Translations under genes and position numbers: made by a program
In this document: positions 26,580 through 40,304 of the stretch, in pieces
How positions within the stretch are numbered: the first letter of the stretch is position 1
How the letters are laid out: each line of letters begins with the position of its first letter
Notes under the pieces: generated by a model
Database searches by the model: none
Told to the model about the DNA's origin: nothing
The model's input: the letters and a program-made list of their open reading frames with translations, nothing else
Assembly (NCBI GenBank): GCA_028534125.1
Contig: CM052817.1
Span: 61,630,001 to 61,694,000, forward strand
DNA length: 64,000 nucleotides
Direction of reading: 5' to 3'
Source of the DNA: Lama glama
Lineage: Eukaryota

Positions 26580-26710
26580 GGTAGGTGGTTCTTAACTATT
26601 TGCTGCACAGGAGCGTCACCGGAGGAGCTTAGTAAGTCAGAAACTCTGCCCAGGCATTAGCTTTTTAAAAAGCTCTGCTGATGATTCTATTGTTTACCTA
26701 GGGTTCAGGA
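26580..26710. mobile_element. MER5A-like hAT-Charlie fossil
   Basis: GTGGTTCTTAACT...TCACCGGAGGAGCTT...TTTTTAAAAGCTCTGCTGATGATTCTA. Confidence 0.55.
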
Positions 26711-26896
26711 AAAATATGCTGTATTATTTTTCTGTAACGAAAGCGGTACTGCTCTTTGTATTCCTTTTAATTACGTTATTAGGGACTCCTGTGCAGGCCT
26801 CCCTGTGGTTGGCTCAATGCTCTGCCTTAGTCTTATGCTTGTGCTTATACTCTTGCTATTTTCGGTTAGCCTTCTAGGTGTCATGCATTCAGCAAA

Positions 26897-27150
26897 TGGT
26901 AATAATATCTAATACTTCCGTACTGCTGATTTTGTGCCAGACACTGCTATATATATACTGTTTCTATTTAACTCACTTATTTTCCGTGACAACTTCACAG
27001 AATAAGTACTATTATCATCCCCTTTTTGCAGATGAGGAAACTGAGGCATGAAGAGGCTAAATACCTTGCTCAGTATTACAAGCTAGGAAGAGAGCTGCAG
27101 CTCATTGAGAGAGTCTAAGCTTTCAGCTTCCAGGCCATACTGTCTCTGTA
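26897..27150 (-). mobile_element. MIR SINE
   Basis: TACTATTATCATCCCCTTTTTGCAGATGAGGAAACTGAGGCATGAAGAGGCTAAATACCTTGCTC. Confidence 0.85.
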
Positions 27151-29994
27151 GTTGAGCCCCCGCTGTATACCTGTATACCAGGGACTCTGCTGGGCACTGA
27201 GATTAACACAGTGAACAGAGCAAGGAAATCCTACTCGTGATGGAACATACAGTCTAGTGGAAATTCTAGGGGTACTCTTGATTTTCAGTCAGGATCTTGT
27301 GTCTCAGAAAACCCTCTACCACTAAGCTATTCCCTCATCCTATATAATGACTTACAATTTTGTATAAGTGAACATATATAGTATCCTTACTTTGAGAAAA
27401 ATTTCATTGGTCTAGCCTGATTAGGTAGGGGCAGGGGGAGATGAGTAAGTGGATGTTTATAGAAGAAAACCCCATACCCATTCTCTAGACAGTTTCAAGA
27501 CTGTTTACTTTTCTCTTATAAAGTTAGCCTTGAGCCAGAGGGTAAAAAACAATTTTATAGTTAGAACTTGCTCAGTCCTCTCAGGATGAAGGGACCTAAT
27601 GTTTTTCCTCTTCCTCCCATCTGTGCCCTTCCCCCACCCCACCAACTGGAGAAAACTCAAATTCACATCCAGACCTTTATTATCCTCGCTCACCTTGACA
27701 ACTTCTCTTCGTGGCATCTCATTCTCTGGGCACTGTTAAGTGATACAGTGGCTAATGAACTAAATGAATTTGAGCTAAAACACTGGCTGACAATAGCTAA
27801 GGGTGCTCCCCATGCTGATCCGAGTTGTCTTAGTAGGAGTCTCCATGTGAGCCCCTGGAAGGAACTGCGTGGGAATTCCAGGCCCTGTGGCACAGGCAGT
27901 GGGAGTATATTTAGCCCAGAGGCCTTTTCATCACCCCCTCCAGTCACACCACTTAAACAGCTGCTTACTCTGTGTGCATGTAAACAAGAGCTTCCCCCTC
28001 CTCCCCAGGGACCTAGATTGGAGACCCTTCTTCAATCCTTCACAAATATAGCATTGATTGTGACCTTTTACTCTAATCTGGATGCTCTTGAGATTTTCAA
28101 GTACATGCTGACAGAGATTTTATGGGAATATGTAAGTATCTGCTTCATGGTGAGAAACAGATCTTTTAACCAGGAGCTCACCCAGTCCCGTACATTTGGA
28201 CACAGTTGGTAGTACCTTAATAGTGGAACAGAATCTACCCAATGAAATTTTGTTTTTATTGAAAGGTTGGCTTGAAAGCATTGTATTCAGCTGTGGTTGG
28301 TAGAGTGCCTTCCTGCCAAAAGGAACAGTTCCTGAAACAGTCTGTCATTTTGAGCTTTTATTCATTCCTGCCCCTTCAGTTGGCCTCATGATTAGTGAGT
28401 AGCTAAACAAATTGAAATTGCCTAATGTATTATTAGTCTTTGCTACAAAACTGAGATCCCCGGAAGCCCAGGCAGCGCGTCTTTCTTGCTCAGAGTATTA
28501 CTCCACTGTGTCTCCCAGTGAGGCCCACCGAGGTCCACGCTACGTGCTTGGTGAGAAGAGGGGTAAGGGAAGCCAGAAGGAATTTTCCTAGGTGCTAGAC
28601 CTTGACTGTGTGGAGCAGGATTTTAACTTGGGTAATCGGATTCAAAAGTTTATGGTTTAACTTCACCAAAAAGTCAACTATTAAATGAATTTAAAAACCA
28701 TGGGAACATACTCCGTCTACAGAAAACCTTTGTTTTCTTGGAGAGCTTTGCCGAGCTCCTGCTTTGTGAGTGACTCACCGGTCGGTGTAAGCTGCTGCTG
28801 GCCTGCCTTTGCAGTGGGACTGTAAACTCCTCCAGGGCAGGGAGAGTGCTTTGTTCATTGTTTATTCCCAGGACTATGCAGACTGTTGCGCGAAAAAGTG
28901 TTTTAAATTACCCAATGCGTTGTTCTAATTAAAACATATTTTTCTCATAATGATATAGTAATGATTTGCATCAGAAACAGAAGCCTTTTCTCTGAGTACT
29001 TGAAAGAGCTCAGAACTTTTAAGGATACTAACTTATTCTCAAAGGGCATTTGTACCTAGGATTCTTAACTCAGGTTGTAAAATCTGATCAAAGTCATAAA
29101 TGTAAATATATTTTCATTCTTATAGGCATTAACAAAATCACATAGATACCTTATCTAATTTATACTCGAAACCTCATGAATTAAGAGGTACATTTAGTGT
29201 GTTCAAAAAAAAGAACCTGATTCATTCTACTTTTAGCACTAACTTTAACCAAGTAACATGTTGCTAAAATTGGAGTTTTCAGAAATATGGTATTCACAAT
29301 AATTAGAATAATGGATTCTAAGAGAGATCATTATAGCGTACAATAAGCTTTAACTCTTACCAGCTGTGACAGGGCACACCATTGCTATTCCTCAGATTTT
29401 GCCTAGAAGCTTTAAAAGAATCTGTTTATAAACTGGAACCAATACTTAAGTGTCACTGGATTAACACTTCGAATTTCATGTTTACACGTATATTTCACAA
29501 CTCTCTTTAATACGCTTTAAAGCTGGCTGAGACTTATTTATGTGTTACACAGCTATACTGGGTTCCATAATCTATAGCTACTTTCTTTTGAAATTAAATT
29601 TACTGCCACAGAAAATTGTGGCGAAAATAAAGCCAAAAGGTGTTGCAACCTACTAATTGAAAACATGTATTCTGTAACTAGTAAGCATTAGTAGGCACTT
29701 AAGAGGTAAGGTTTATTTAGCTTTTTTGAAGCTTAATACTAACAGAATTCAGATTTTAAAATATTGTTAGCAATATTTTCCCAAATAATTTTAGAATATC
29801 TGTTTATCTGTCTATATGAAACATAGTGTTTTAAATTTAACACAAATGTAAGCTCTAATCCCAAACAGAATTCATTCAAGAGTTGAAATTTGGCTCAAGA
29901 TACTGTTGGAAATAGTTCTGCCTAGAAAGATCTTAAATCAAAATTAATAAGAGTTCAGTGAAACAGTGGTACATGTAAATTATGGAAGTCAATT

Positions 29995-30150
29995 CCACAA
30001 AGTCTATGAATACCTGCTGTTTGCTGGGCATTGTGCTAGCCAGTATGGATATAGGAATGAACAAGGTGTAAGTGCCAGACTGTATGGATTTAGTTATAAG
30101 TGTAATAAGAACAAGATCCATAAATGTTCTCTTCTTGTGGCCTGGGTGGA
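29995..30150 (-). mobile_element. L2 3' tail fragment
   Basis: ATGAATACCTGCTGTTTGCTGGGCATTGTGCTAG...GGATATAGGAATGAACAAG. Confidence 0.55.
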
Positions 30151-30269
30151 ACTGCGTGTTGGTAGTTTAAAAAAAAAAAAGTGGAGTTGCTTTTGGCAAA
30201 TATATGCCACGTGCATCTGTTGAGGTGGTAGGTAAGTGAATCTTCCAGCTCCCCTTCCTCCCTCTGCAG

Positions 30270-30455
30270 TAATGAAATGCTCTGTATGCTGGTACGAAGC
30301 TCTGTGTTAGCACTTTATTGTGTGGTGGTTGCTTATCTGTCCGATGTATTTTTTACTGGACTGTAAGCTTCTAGACAGCAGAGATCACTCACAGTCCAGA
30401 GCTTCCCCCGCATAGGGCATATTGAACTGTGATTGGATAAATTGGTAAATTACTA
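30270..30455 (+). mobile_element. L2 3' tail fragment
   Basis: TGGACTGTAAGCTTCTAGACAGCAGAGA resembles the L2 3' end. Confidence 0.5.
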
Positions 30456-32624
30456 AGTTGGAAAGGGAGAAGATGGAAACGAGAGAAAGGATGAGGAGGG
30501 AGATGGACAACGTAGACAAGAGAGAGAGGAGGAAATAGGAGAGAAGATAGTAGATGGCTGGCTCGCTCTTCCCTGTCTTTTTCAGATGAAACTAGCTGTG
30601 ACCTTCCCTCCCAGGACTGTGGGGAGGGCATGATAGCAGTGGCAACATAGTCAGATTGGTTATGAGGTGAGATCTCGAAGGCTTATTGAGTCATCACTGT
30701 GTAGGCGTGGTACCTAGAGGACCAAACTAGTCCATTGTGGGAATGCACTCCAGGCCAGGCGGATGGGGGACCTGTTCATCCCGCTTAGTCTCCTGACTAG
30801 CAGCATCACCTCATCAGCTGCTCATCAGTGCGAAGGCTACCAAGGCTTTTTCAGGGTATATTCACCAGTCCAGGGGTCGTTGCACAGTGCAATGGCGACC
30901 TCCCTGTCAGTTCAGCTTTGAAGGATGATTGCTTTTGAATGGGAAGTGATATTCCTAAAATGTGTCCTTTAGATAAAATTATATTTTTGCCTCCCAGTTA
31001 AAAAGCGTTCATGTCAAAAAACACAAATGTTCCTAAGTTAATTTTTGATATCAACATTTGGCAAGCATTTCCACAGGCAGCCACTGTGGCAACTGTCCGC
31101 TTTTCTTGTTAGAGACTCCTTGAAATGCTTAGTTGAAGTATTTTGAAATCATTTCTTATTGAGGTTGTGATGCTCTTTCTCAGCTCACATCCTAAATTTA
31201 CCTCACAGAAGAGCAGCTTTAGGTCTTAAAGAATTCTGAGATGCAGCTACTTTTTAAAATTTTGGTTAAAACTGGACTGAAGTGGGCAAAGGCGAGAGGT
31301 CCTTTGCTGTTGGCAGGTTGGCAGGAGAACCGACTTAATGGAAAACGGGCTTCAGTTCCCTTCACTTGCATACTTCTCTCCATGATGGGCTGCACAGTTC
31401 CGTGGTGGACGTGAGTGAGCTACAGGAAAAAGCTGGGGGCAAAGCTCTTTTTGAAATCTCTGCTGTGAGGAGCTCTGCCTAGGTTTTGGGGAACCAGTGG
31501 CTGGAAGGTGATGTTAGAAACAACCAGCAGAGAAGGGAATTGTGGTCATAGTTTATGAAGAAAAAATAAAAAGACCTGAGGTGACATACCGGGAGACCTT
31601 TGCTGCACACAGTCCAGCCTCTCTATATGGCAAGGTACTGACTCTCCATTTATTTCCTGGGGCTGCATTCTGCCTGAGATAGGGAGTCAAGAAAAGCTTA
31701 GATGTGTCTCTCTGAGCAGGCTGCAGACTGAATACCTTATCTTAGTGACCTTTTAGTTTTTAGAGTTCAAAGTCTCATTTAGTATTTTCTTTCTTTCAGA
31801 ATTGTGGTGAAGAAAATCAGGTATATAACTGGGCTACTAACTCCAGTGTTTTAACAATTTTAATGCATTTTTTTGTTTGGGTTTTGATGCATTAACTTCT
31901 TACATAATTTAATTAGCCTGATCACTGACACAAGAAGCCTGACACTGCCCCATGCATCTGTTCAGGAGGGAGCTAAGGAAACCTTCCTCGCCACATAACA
32001 TTTCCCTCTCCGTGGATTCTCCGGTTAATGAGATACTCCCTTTTTGGTGCTGTTCCACAGCTCTGTGGTAGATAATTATCAGATGATAAGTGCTGTTCTG
32101 CCTAACTTCTTCAGTGGACCCTGAGCATGTGAACAGAGCGGATAACTTACTCCACCTATGAAGCTTTCAAACTTCAACCACTGCATGACTAACCCCCATA
32201 TGCAGACACCAATATAGTGCATCCATGTGATATTTGAACTTACCTATTTTTGATTAGTAATTTACTAACAATATCATCCAACAAATGATAAATCAGAACC
32301 TTTTTTTTTTACTGTCCATATGGTATTTAGAGACTTAATTTGAGATAATGAAAACATGTAATTGTGAAAGAAGACAAATAAGTACCATATTTAAAATGTT
32401 TCATTCAGAAAAACTTTTCTGTTAAATGAGGAAGTCAGTTGAGGGGAATTTTGTGGTAGACTTGAGTAAAAACATTTTTATATTAGGTAAATTTTTCTTT
32501 TGGGCTGTAAATTTAATAAAGTCATATTTAATGACATTAGTATCTAGTTTGTTTTCTATAAAATTTTAGTTATTGAATGTTGTGCGTATGATTGGAATCC
32601 TTGAGTAAGTTTAAATGCCATTTT

Positions 32625-33075
32625 TTTCATTGTTGTAAGAATAATTTTGCAAAAAAAGAAAAATCCCAATTCAAACTGACTTAAACGGGAAGCTTGATAA
32701 TCTGTCTTAAGTGGATGTCCAGGGAGAGTGGTGCCAGAGGTGACTGATGCAGAGCAGAGGCTCCATAATGTTCTTGTAGAATTTGCTTGTTTGATGGCTG
32801 TTCCCCTATAGCCTCTGACATTGTGTTGGCCTCATCGTCTGGTAGTTAGCGCCACACACCACCTTCAGATACGAGAATGTTTCCAGAGGAAGAGCAGGTG
32901 CCATCTTTTATTTCGCCTCTTTCTTAGTGTGGAAGAATTCTCTCCAGAAGCCCTGCAGCCAACTTGCCCATTCCTAGCTCATCATTGACAAGGGAGATGG
33001 ATGATGGTGCCTGGCTTAGACTGATCGTTTGTGTTAATATATGTTAGGGAGTAAATCAGAGTGGCTACTACAATA
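32625..33075 (-). mobile_element. MLT1-type solo LTR (old)
   Basis: AAAATCCCAATTCAAACTGACTTAAAC...TTCTCTCCAGAAGCCCTGCAGC...TCATTGACAAGGGAGATGG...GGCTTAGACTGATC. Confidence 0.6.
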
Positions 33076-34766
33076 GATAACCCTATCCTGCCTATGTACA
33101 AATCTCAAAGTGCTTTGCTGAATGTGGAAACAAGATGGATTTCATTGTACATCAACAAAAAGATTTTTTAAATAAGAAAACAAAAATAAATCTCACAAAT
33201 ATATATTACATCCATAAAGAATTAAATATTACAACAAAGGATTTTTTTTTCTGGTTTCCTAAACTTTGGAGTTGGGCACATGAAAACATTTCCTTATCAA
33301 TTCCATGATTTTGCAGTTAAGGATACTACATTCCTCCCCACTGTGCCATTGGTTACTGGGAAGGGATCTGAAAGTTTATTTTGTGTAAAAATGTTACTAA
33401 AATAACTTCATGGAAAGGATATGAAATAATATTTTCTTTGATAATAGCCAGTCAGGAAATAAATGAATTGATGTAATAGTATGGTGTGTAGAAGAACTTA
33501 GATACATTGTGAAGCATAAATGAAACATGACTAGAAATCTTACATGAGACTTTGGGCTGCGGCCTATTGGTGGAAGTTTACAGCTTGTGAAGAAGGTTAA
33601 GGTTAAATGAAGGTTGAAGGGATATTGCAGTTGTTATTCTTCTGTCAGGTGCTGTCGTTTGCACACCTGCAACACTGGGGTCTTCTTTTAATGTGCATAG
33701 AAGCTCACTTGGGGCCAGACTGCTTCCAGATTGACTTCCTGCTCACTTTGTTCTCTTTTTCACTGAACTTTTCTGCTATGTCCTCACTCTCATTTGTTTA
33801 ACCCATTTTCATAGGGAAAGTTGCTCTTGTAATATAAAAAACATGGAATCCTTGAGATTCCTTCAATGTTTTTTCTGTTTTCTGTTCAATTAATGTTATC
33901 ATTAGTAAGATGATTATAAAGGGAATCTAGTAAATGTATTCTTTGGGGAATACCAATGAAGGAGGAACATCTGGAAAGTTCTGTACAATAATAAAAATGG
34001 AAACAGATGTATAATTGCTACCCTGCCTCCTGTCAGATGTCTCTTATTAGTAATTTAGGAAAATTTTTATTCTACGTATCCACAAAGAAAGGTAAATATA
34101 TACTTAGAATATTAAATTGTTGAAACTGAAATGAATAGTTTAATATTAGACATAGAGACTTCAGTGAAAAAGCTTTTATTACCAAGATTAACAATTTTGC
34201 CCATTAAAAAGTAGAAGTTAAAATACAATAACTTTGATATGACTTGCCAAACAGATGTAAATTTTTTAACTAAAATAATTTATATGATTAAAAATCACAG
34301 CATGTTACTACTTTCAAAATGGTATAATTATAAAAATAAGCCAAAAATACTGAGTTATTAAAAAGGATTTTTAGGAAATAATTTTTCTAATATGAAATAT
34401 AATTCGGCTCCTTAAATGAACACTGTTCCTAAAATGGCATTCTATTTAATAGGTGTTCTCTTCACCCCACTCCTCACCCCTGCTGTGTTTCTGTGGCTGA
34501 GTTGAGTCTTGAGCAGCAATCACCTCCTTCTGTAGGGTAAGAGTTTCTAGTGGTAGTTCCTTCTGTCCTTGACATTGGACAGCATGATTGTGTTATCTAA
34601 GGTCCAGATTGCTCTTTGGAAATCTAAATAATCCTTTTAAAGTTAAGTTTATGTAAAGAACAAAAGTCTCTTAAACATATTAATTATGTTTCTGTGCTAT
34701 TTTCAAATTACTGCCTCTCAGTCTTTCACAAATTTAACATATACATGTGGAATACCTACAGCATGC

Positions 34767-34834
34767 CAGGCACTGGGTTAGGCACCAAAACAGGCAATAC
34801 ATACAGGCACCGGGCTAGGCACCAGAACAGGCAA
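34767..34834. repeat. Imperfect tandem duplication (37-bp period) inside an L2 tail
   Basis: CAGGCACTGGGTTAGGCACCAAAACAGGCAA / CAGGCACCGGGCTAGGCACCAGAACAGGCAA. Confidence 0.8.
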
Positions 34835-35094
34835 GAATCGTTCCCTTAGGGAGCTTACATTGTTTAAATTCTGTTAACTGATGCCTTCGCTCAATTACCT
34901 TTTTTCTTTTTATTCTTCTAGTAATTCATTTTTGCTATTCTTATGGCAACCAGCTGTTTAGCGATATTCAGATGTGTGAACTATAATGTGGAAGATCTTA
35001 AATATGTATTTTTGCATGTAATTTTTGTGATTAAGAGAAAAAAAAAGAAAAACTGCTAGATAAAATAAACAGGATGAGTATATAAGTTACCACT

Positions 35095-35295
35095 GAGACA
35101 GTACAGCACAATGGAGAGATGGGTGACTGGAACATGAGTCAAAAGACATGTCATCACTCAGTTCCATGAATTGGTGACTCGCTTTGCCTTCCCTGTTCTC
35201 AGCGAACTAACTCATGGTAACACAGAGAAATACCTGCCGTATCAGCTTCACTAAGGTGTTTGTAAACACCAGATAAAATCATGTATGAGGAAACA
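35095..35295 (+). mobile_element. MIR SINE (degenerate)
   Basis: GAGACAGTACAGCACAATGGAGAG...GAGTCAAAAGAC head typical of MIRc/MIR3. Confidence 0.55.
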
Positions 35296-35923
35296 TTTTG
35301 ATCTGAACATATTTTAAGATTTTTTATAACATTGCTGTAAGCATTTTATTAGTAAATGTGAACACACAAGGTAGATATGTGGTTTTCAGTATTTCAAATT
35401 CAAATTAATACTAAATTATGCATAGCTTCTAATTAATTGGATTAATGACTGACGCATTGCTAAATTTTGATATGTACTTCATACCAAGGGCTACTGAAGT
35501 TTGCACTGCAAGAACTGGTATACATGATTGGAGGAGATGGTATTTTATTTTGACAGGAAGTTGAAATGCTATTTTATTTAGGCAGGAATCATACATGGTA
35601 AGAAGTTGGATTATTTTCCAAGGACAGAATTATGTTCTCCTAAAATACATTTTAAGGAAATAGTTGTAAATAGTCAAATGTAGATTTTTTTTTCAGAGTG
35701 TATTCTGTAGAGCATGGTAGGATGATAATGATTGCTCTTGACTCCAGGGTTAAGTAATTTTGTTTGATAAACAATAAAACTTACTTTATTGCAAAACTTC
35801 AGAGCTTATAATATGCTAAAAGTGTATAGTGAAATTTTAAGAGAGCATTCAAAATTCATAGCACTTTCCCACAGTATTTGGGAGTGGATATTACCCCCTC
35901 ATCTATGGGCATCTATGAAAAGC

Positions 35924-36078
35924 ACAGCGTGAATCCTCAAAGTGTGGTCCTAGGACCAGCAATTTCATCATCACCTTTGCTGCACCCCAAACCTCCTGAA
36001 TCGGAATCTCTGAAGGTAGAGCCCAGCAGTCTCTTTACCAAGCCCTCCAGTGGTTCTGATGTACCTGAGAACCATTTC
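35924..36078. mobile_element. MER5A-like hAT-Charlie fossil
   Basis: CTCAAAGTGTGGTCCTAGGACCAGCA...CCTCCTGAATCGGAATCTCTG...AAGCCCTCCAGTGGTTCTGATG...TGAGAACCA. Confidence 0.75.
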
Positions 36079-37774
36079 CCTGGGTTCCAGGAACATAGTG
36101 TGGAAAATAAAGATCTAGTGAACTTAATTAAAAAAATCTGTATGCTTCTAAAAGAAAGCTGTCATTCTATTCTGAGTAGTAATATTTAGGTCTCAAGTTT
36201 TCATGCAGGTGTGTGTGTATGAAATCAAAGAAAAAAAGTCAGTGCATTCTTGCCAAGTAGAGTAGGTGTGGTAGAATGAAAAAGGTGTTGAAAGTTTGAT
36301 TCAGGATTTAGCAAAAGTGGGGTTGGATTAGCCTTAGATTATGCATGTGACCTCAGTACCACACCCTGACTACCGCAGATTTATACTTCAGTAAATTGAA
36401 AAAGTGCATACTTGCACATCTTGGATTACAAAGTAGAGTGCCTCAGGATTTTAACTTTCACAAAGAGGTGTGCTTTCATCCTTTTCTGTAAGCTTCTTGA
36501 CTCTCTTAATTTATTCCAGCAAGTCAGTTTTCTTATACTGCTGTTAGGAAGTTCTTTCAACAATTACTTACTGACTGCTTAGTAGGGGCTTGGTAGGTAG
36601 GCAATGTGCTGTTTGGACTTGGTAAATAGAGTACTGATCTTCACAGGGCCTGTCGTGTGTGGGGAGGTAGAGGCAAGGCTTAAGACATGGCTTAAGGAGT
36701 GAAATGCTACAGTAAGTCCAAGATACCAGGGAAAGGGAAGGACACGCAGTCTAGACCTTGAGCATTATAGAAGGTTTCTCAGAGGAAATGTCAAATAAAA
36801 CATTGTAAAGTGTGAGAAGCAGTTTAAGTTGTGCAGTAATAACTTGAAAAATAATGCAGGAGTATTTCTAACTCATTTCTAATTTAGGAAGGAGAAAGTA
36901 CTTAGTTTGGGAGTTTCTGATAAGTGGGCAGTTCATCATGTAAGATAAAATTCAGTGCATCTGTCTTTTGTAGGTTGTAGAAAAAGCAAAGACCATTTTA
37001 TCCTGAATTTAAGCGAAATTGAAAATGAAACAATAAAATACATGTGTGATGATGGAGTTAATCTAAGCTTGCTGATAAGTAATGTATTTAGGCTGTCATA
37101 AGAAAGAATATTTATATTAAATAACTCTAAGTAGTAAATAATATAATTTATTTGGCCATCTTCAAAAGGGGAAATCCCAAACTTAGGAAAAAATAATATT
37201 TAAAGTATTTATGACTTAAAACACATGTAAACACCGTGTGTGATTTTAGAATTTTACCTATGTATGTGTTTTTATGTGCTTCAGTGAATTTTGTTTTTGT
37301 AAATATAATTGTCTCTTTAAATGAAAAAGCTATCCATACTGTGTCAGTAAAGCTAGTGTTAATTTTAAAATTCCAATGTTTAATACACTTTTGAGTCACT
37401 AGTTTTTATAAACTGTTACTTGTATCAGGACTATGGATAGGTTTGATTCTGTGTGGGTTATAATTTTGGACTCCTTCTCCGTCCCCTTTTTAAACTCTTT
37501 CAGATACTGCTATTATTACTGTGGTTTCCTTTTGGAAGATTTACCTCTGGATACTGCCATGCCTGAAATAGTAGTGGTAGATGTTAATAATGTTGGTAAT
37601 TTAAGTATGCATTAGGGTTTTTTTTTTTTTTTGGATTTACTACTTGAGCTAAATGATTATCTACTCCAGATACTGTTATTACTCCAGTTGGCTGGGGTCC
37701 CTGAGTGTTGACAGAGGAAGGTTTATTTGCACATTAGAGCAGCTGACTGGTTTGATCAGGTCAGTCTCATGTGG

Positions 37775-37978
37775 AAAGGGATTATAAAAGTCACCTGCCT
37801 AGGTCAAATCCACACTCTGTGTTTACAGTGACTTTTTAACTTTAAACTTTTCTGTGCGTTAGGTTTCCTCTTCCTTAAAATGTACCTGCTTCGTAGAGTT
37901 GTAATGAGGATTTTAAAAGTTAATTAATCTGAAGTGTTTAGAGCCTGGCACATAGTGATCAATAAATGATGGTAATTA
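37775..37978 (+). mobile_element. MIR SINE
   Basis: GTTTCCTCTTCCTTAAAATG...GTAATGAGGATT...GCCTGGCACATAGTGATCAATAAATG. Confidence 0.75.
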
Positions 37979-38049
37979 GCATGTTTCATTTGACCTTTAA
38001 TAATCTTTCATTATTAGAGTGAAGAAAATACTATCCTTAACAAGACCCA

Positions 38050-38488
38050 TAAAACAGCCCCATTATCTGGCCATTATCCCCTCTTCATTCCTCTTCTTTT
38101 CCCTGAACTTTCCAAGCTACTTTCCATATTTGGGGAATTTTGTAGCTTTGTTAATTGTCTCTCCTGAAATGCTCTTTTCCTCATCCTTCCTTTGTCAGCT
38201 GATTAATTTCGTGTGCTTCAGATTTGAGCTCAAAAGGTACATCCTATAGCCTGACCTTTCCTGATATTCCCACACTGGCCTCCATACCCCCCAGGCTAAG
38301 TGCTGCTCCCGTTGCTAGCTATGTCCATATAGAATTTTAAGTTTTTCATGATACAGTTGGGTTATTTGTTGTCTCTTCACTCTGTAGCATATTATGAACC
38401 TAGAACCGTTCTTAGCACATAGTGGGCACAAAATAAATACTTAAATGTGTGTGAGGGAGGGAGGGAGTGAATTATGAATGAATGAACT
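38050..38488 (+). mobile_element. L2 LINE 3' fragment
   Basis: CCTAGAACCGTTCTTAGCACATAGTGGGCACAAAATAAATAC...TGAATGAATGAA tail. Confidence 0.65.
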
Positions 38489-40304
38489 GCGCTGTGTACA
38501 TTTGAGTGTTACGCATATTTAGATTTATAAACATAGGGACCAGATAATCCTGATACTCAGTGGGCTGGTTTTCCTTGTCCTTGAAAGCTGAGAAGGTAAA
38601 TGCTTCACTGTATGGAGGTGTACTTGAGAATTACCCCTATAGGATAAGTGTGTTTGGTTTTGTTGATTAAATGGAAGAAAAATCTTTTTGATATTTGCGA
38701 ATTGTTCGAAGCAGGATAAAAGTATTACTATGCTTGAAATATGCTGATCATGGTATGAATATTGCCAGTCATTTCCCAGTATGCCTGGGGTTTTGCCTAT
38801 CACCAGCTTACACAGCTTTCCCAGGCTGCGGTGGGCTGCCAGCAGCCTAGTTGTGTCCCTGGTGTGCACCTGCAGGTGATCGCCCTGAGGCCACAGCCTG
38901 CAGGAAGTCATTGAGAATCGGAGTAACTTGGAAGCTAAGGCTCCTGCCTGAGCTTTACAAGTACCAATTTGTTTGTGGGACCCTCTAGTTCCGCTAGGTT
39001 GTATTCATTGTCTGCTTATTTCCTTTTCTCCTATCCTTTTTTTCCTTATTGTCCTACTGTCTTGTCTATTCCTAGGCATTTCTGTTCTCTTTTTCCCACC
39101 TTCTTCCAACTTTGTGCACTTGACAACATATGCCCCCACCTCTTTGGCTTGAAAAGTCAAGGGGAAGCTTTTTCTTCCTTTGAGACTCTTTAAAATTTCT
39201 GTGTGAATCGTGTACAACTTAGACATAGGCAGTGAAAAACTGTTCAAAGACATTACACTCCTGTTTGACTGGGAGATGGTTTGGCTTAGGAAATGAAATT
39301 CTATAGTTTAGAACCTTATGAACCAGAACCAATGAAATGGTTTGCCAGAATGGGAGTGTTTTATACTTTCTGGATCACTGATGATTTAGTACAGAAAGTC
39401 AGCATCACCAAAACACAACAGTTAGCAGCTTTTCATATCTTACTCTGAAAGAGAAATGGCAGTGCCTGCTTTAGATATTTTGATAATAAAAGGGACTCAT
39501 TTTTTTCCCCACTGATTGAACCCAACAGTTCTTAAGAAAGGCTGACATTACAAAATCTCAGAGGAATTTGTGCAGTTTCTGTTTTTTCCTTTGAAAATAC
39601 CCTTCAAAGATAGGTAATAGTCTCTTCTTCTCACCTGGATGAGGCCCTTTCCATTTGACAACCATTTTCTTTTGCAGTTTCTAGGCGCGTTTGGGAAGAC
39701 ACGCAGATTTTATTAATTTGTCTGAGTCACCTTTGGTTATGTTGACCATCATGAAGAGTTTTCTGTCGGTGTTCTAATTTTCTGTGGAACAGCAGGATTA
39801 TCTTTACAGCATGTTTAAAATGTAAGGCATGGTTTGTTGACTTTTTTTGGCAGCAGTGTACACACAGAATCTTCAACTACAGAGTGATTCCCTATGTGTG
39901 CTAACACTTGGAAATTGTTTTCTTAAAGAAATGTTTTTTAAAAATGGAATGAACTTCTAGTAATGTTAACAAGTTTTCAGAATTGCAGTAAATTATTTGG
40001 CAAAATATTTTATATTGTCATAGCAATAATCTCTTTGGTGATAAGCAAAGATGGTGAGAGAGATGCAATTGCATATTTTTAGATGCCAATTTATGTTGAG
40101 AATATTTATAAAGTGTAAGTTCTGTAAAACTCTACTATTTAAAGATTCTATCTCCTAAGACCATGCTAATTTTTATAAAAATGAGAGATTATCAGCTACT
40201 TCAAAGCCATCGTGTTTCCTATTGATGGTAGTTAACTAGGTAATTAACTACAAATGAAAATGATTTTAGTAACATTTCTTGGTATACAGTCTACTCTTAC
40301 TTTA

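Noticed and set aside
27568..28212. Longest ORF in the track (214 aa)
   Set aside because: TTG start, no recognisable domain, low-information composition; an ORF of this size is plausible by chance in 64 kb
30879..30895. Iron-responsive element (CAGTGC loop)
   Set aside because: The 5 nt flanking CAGTGC (TTGCA / AATGG) do not form the required upper stem, and the location is likely intronic
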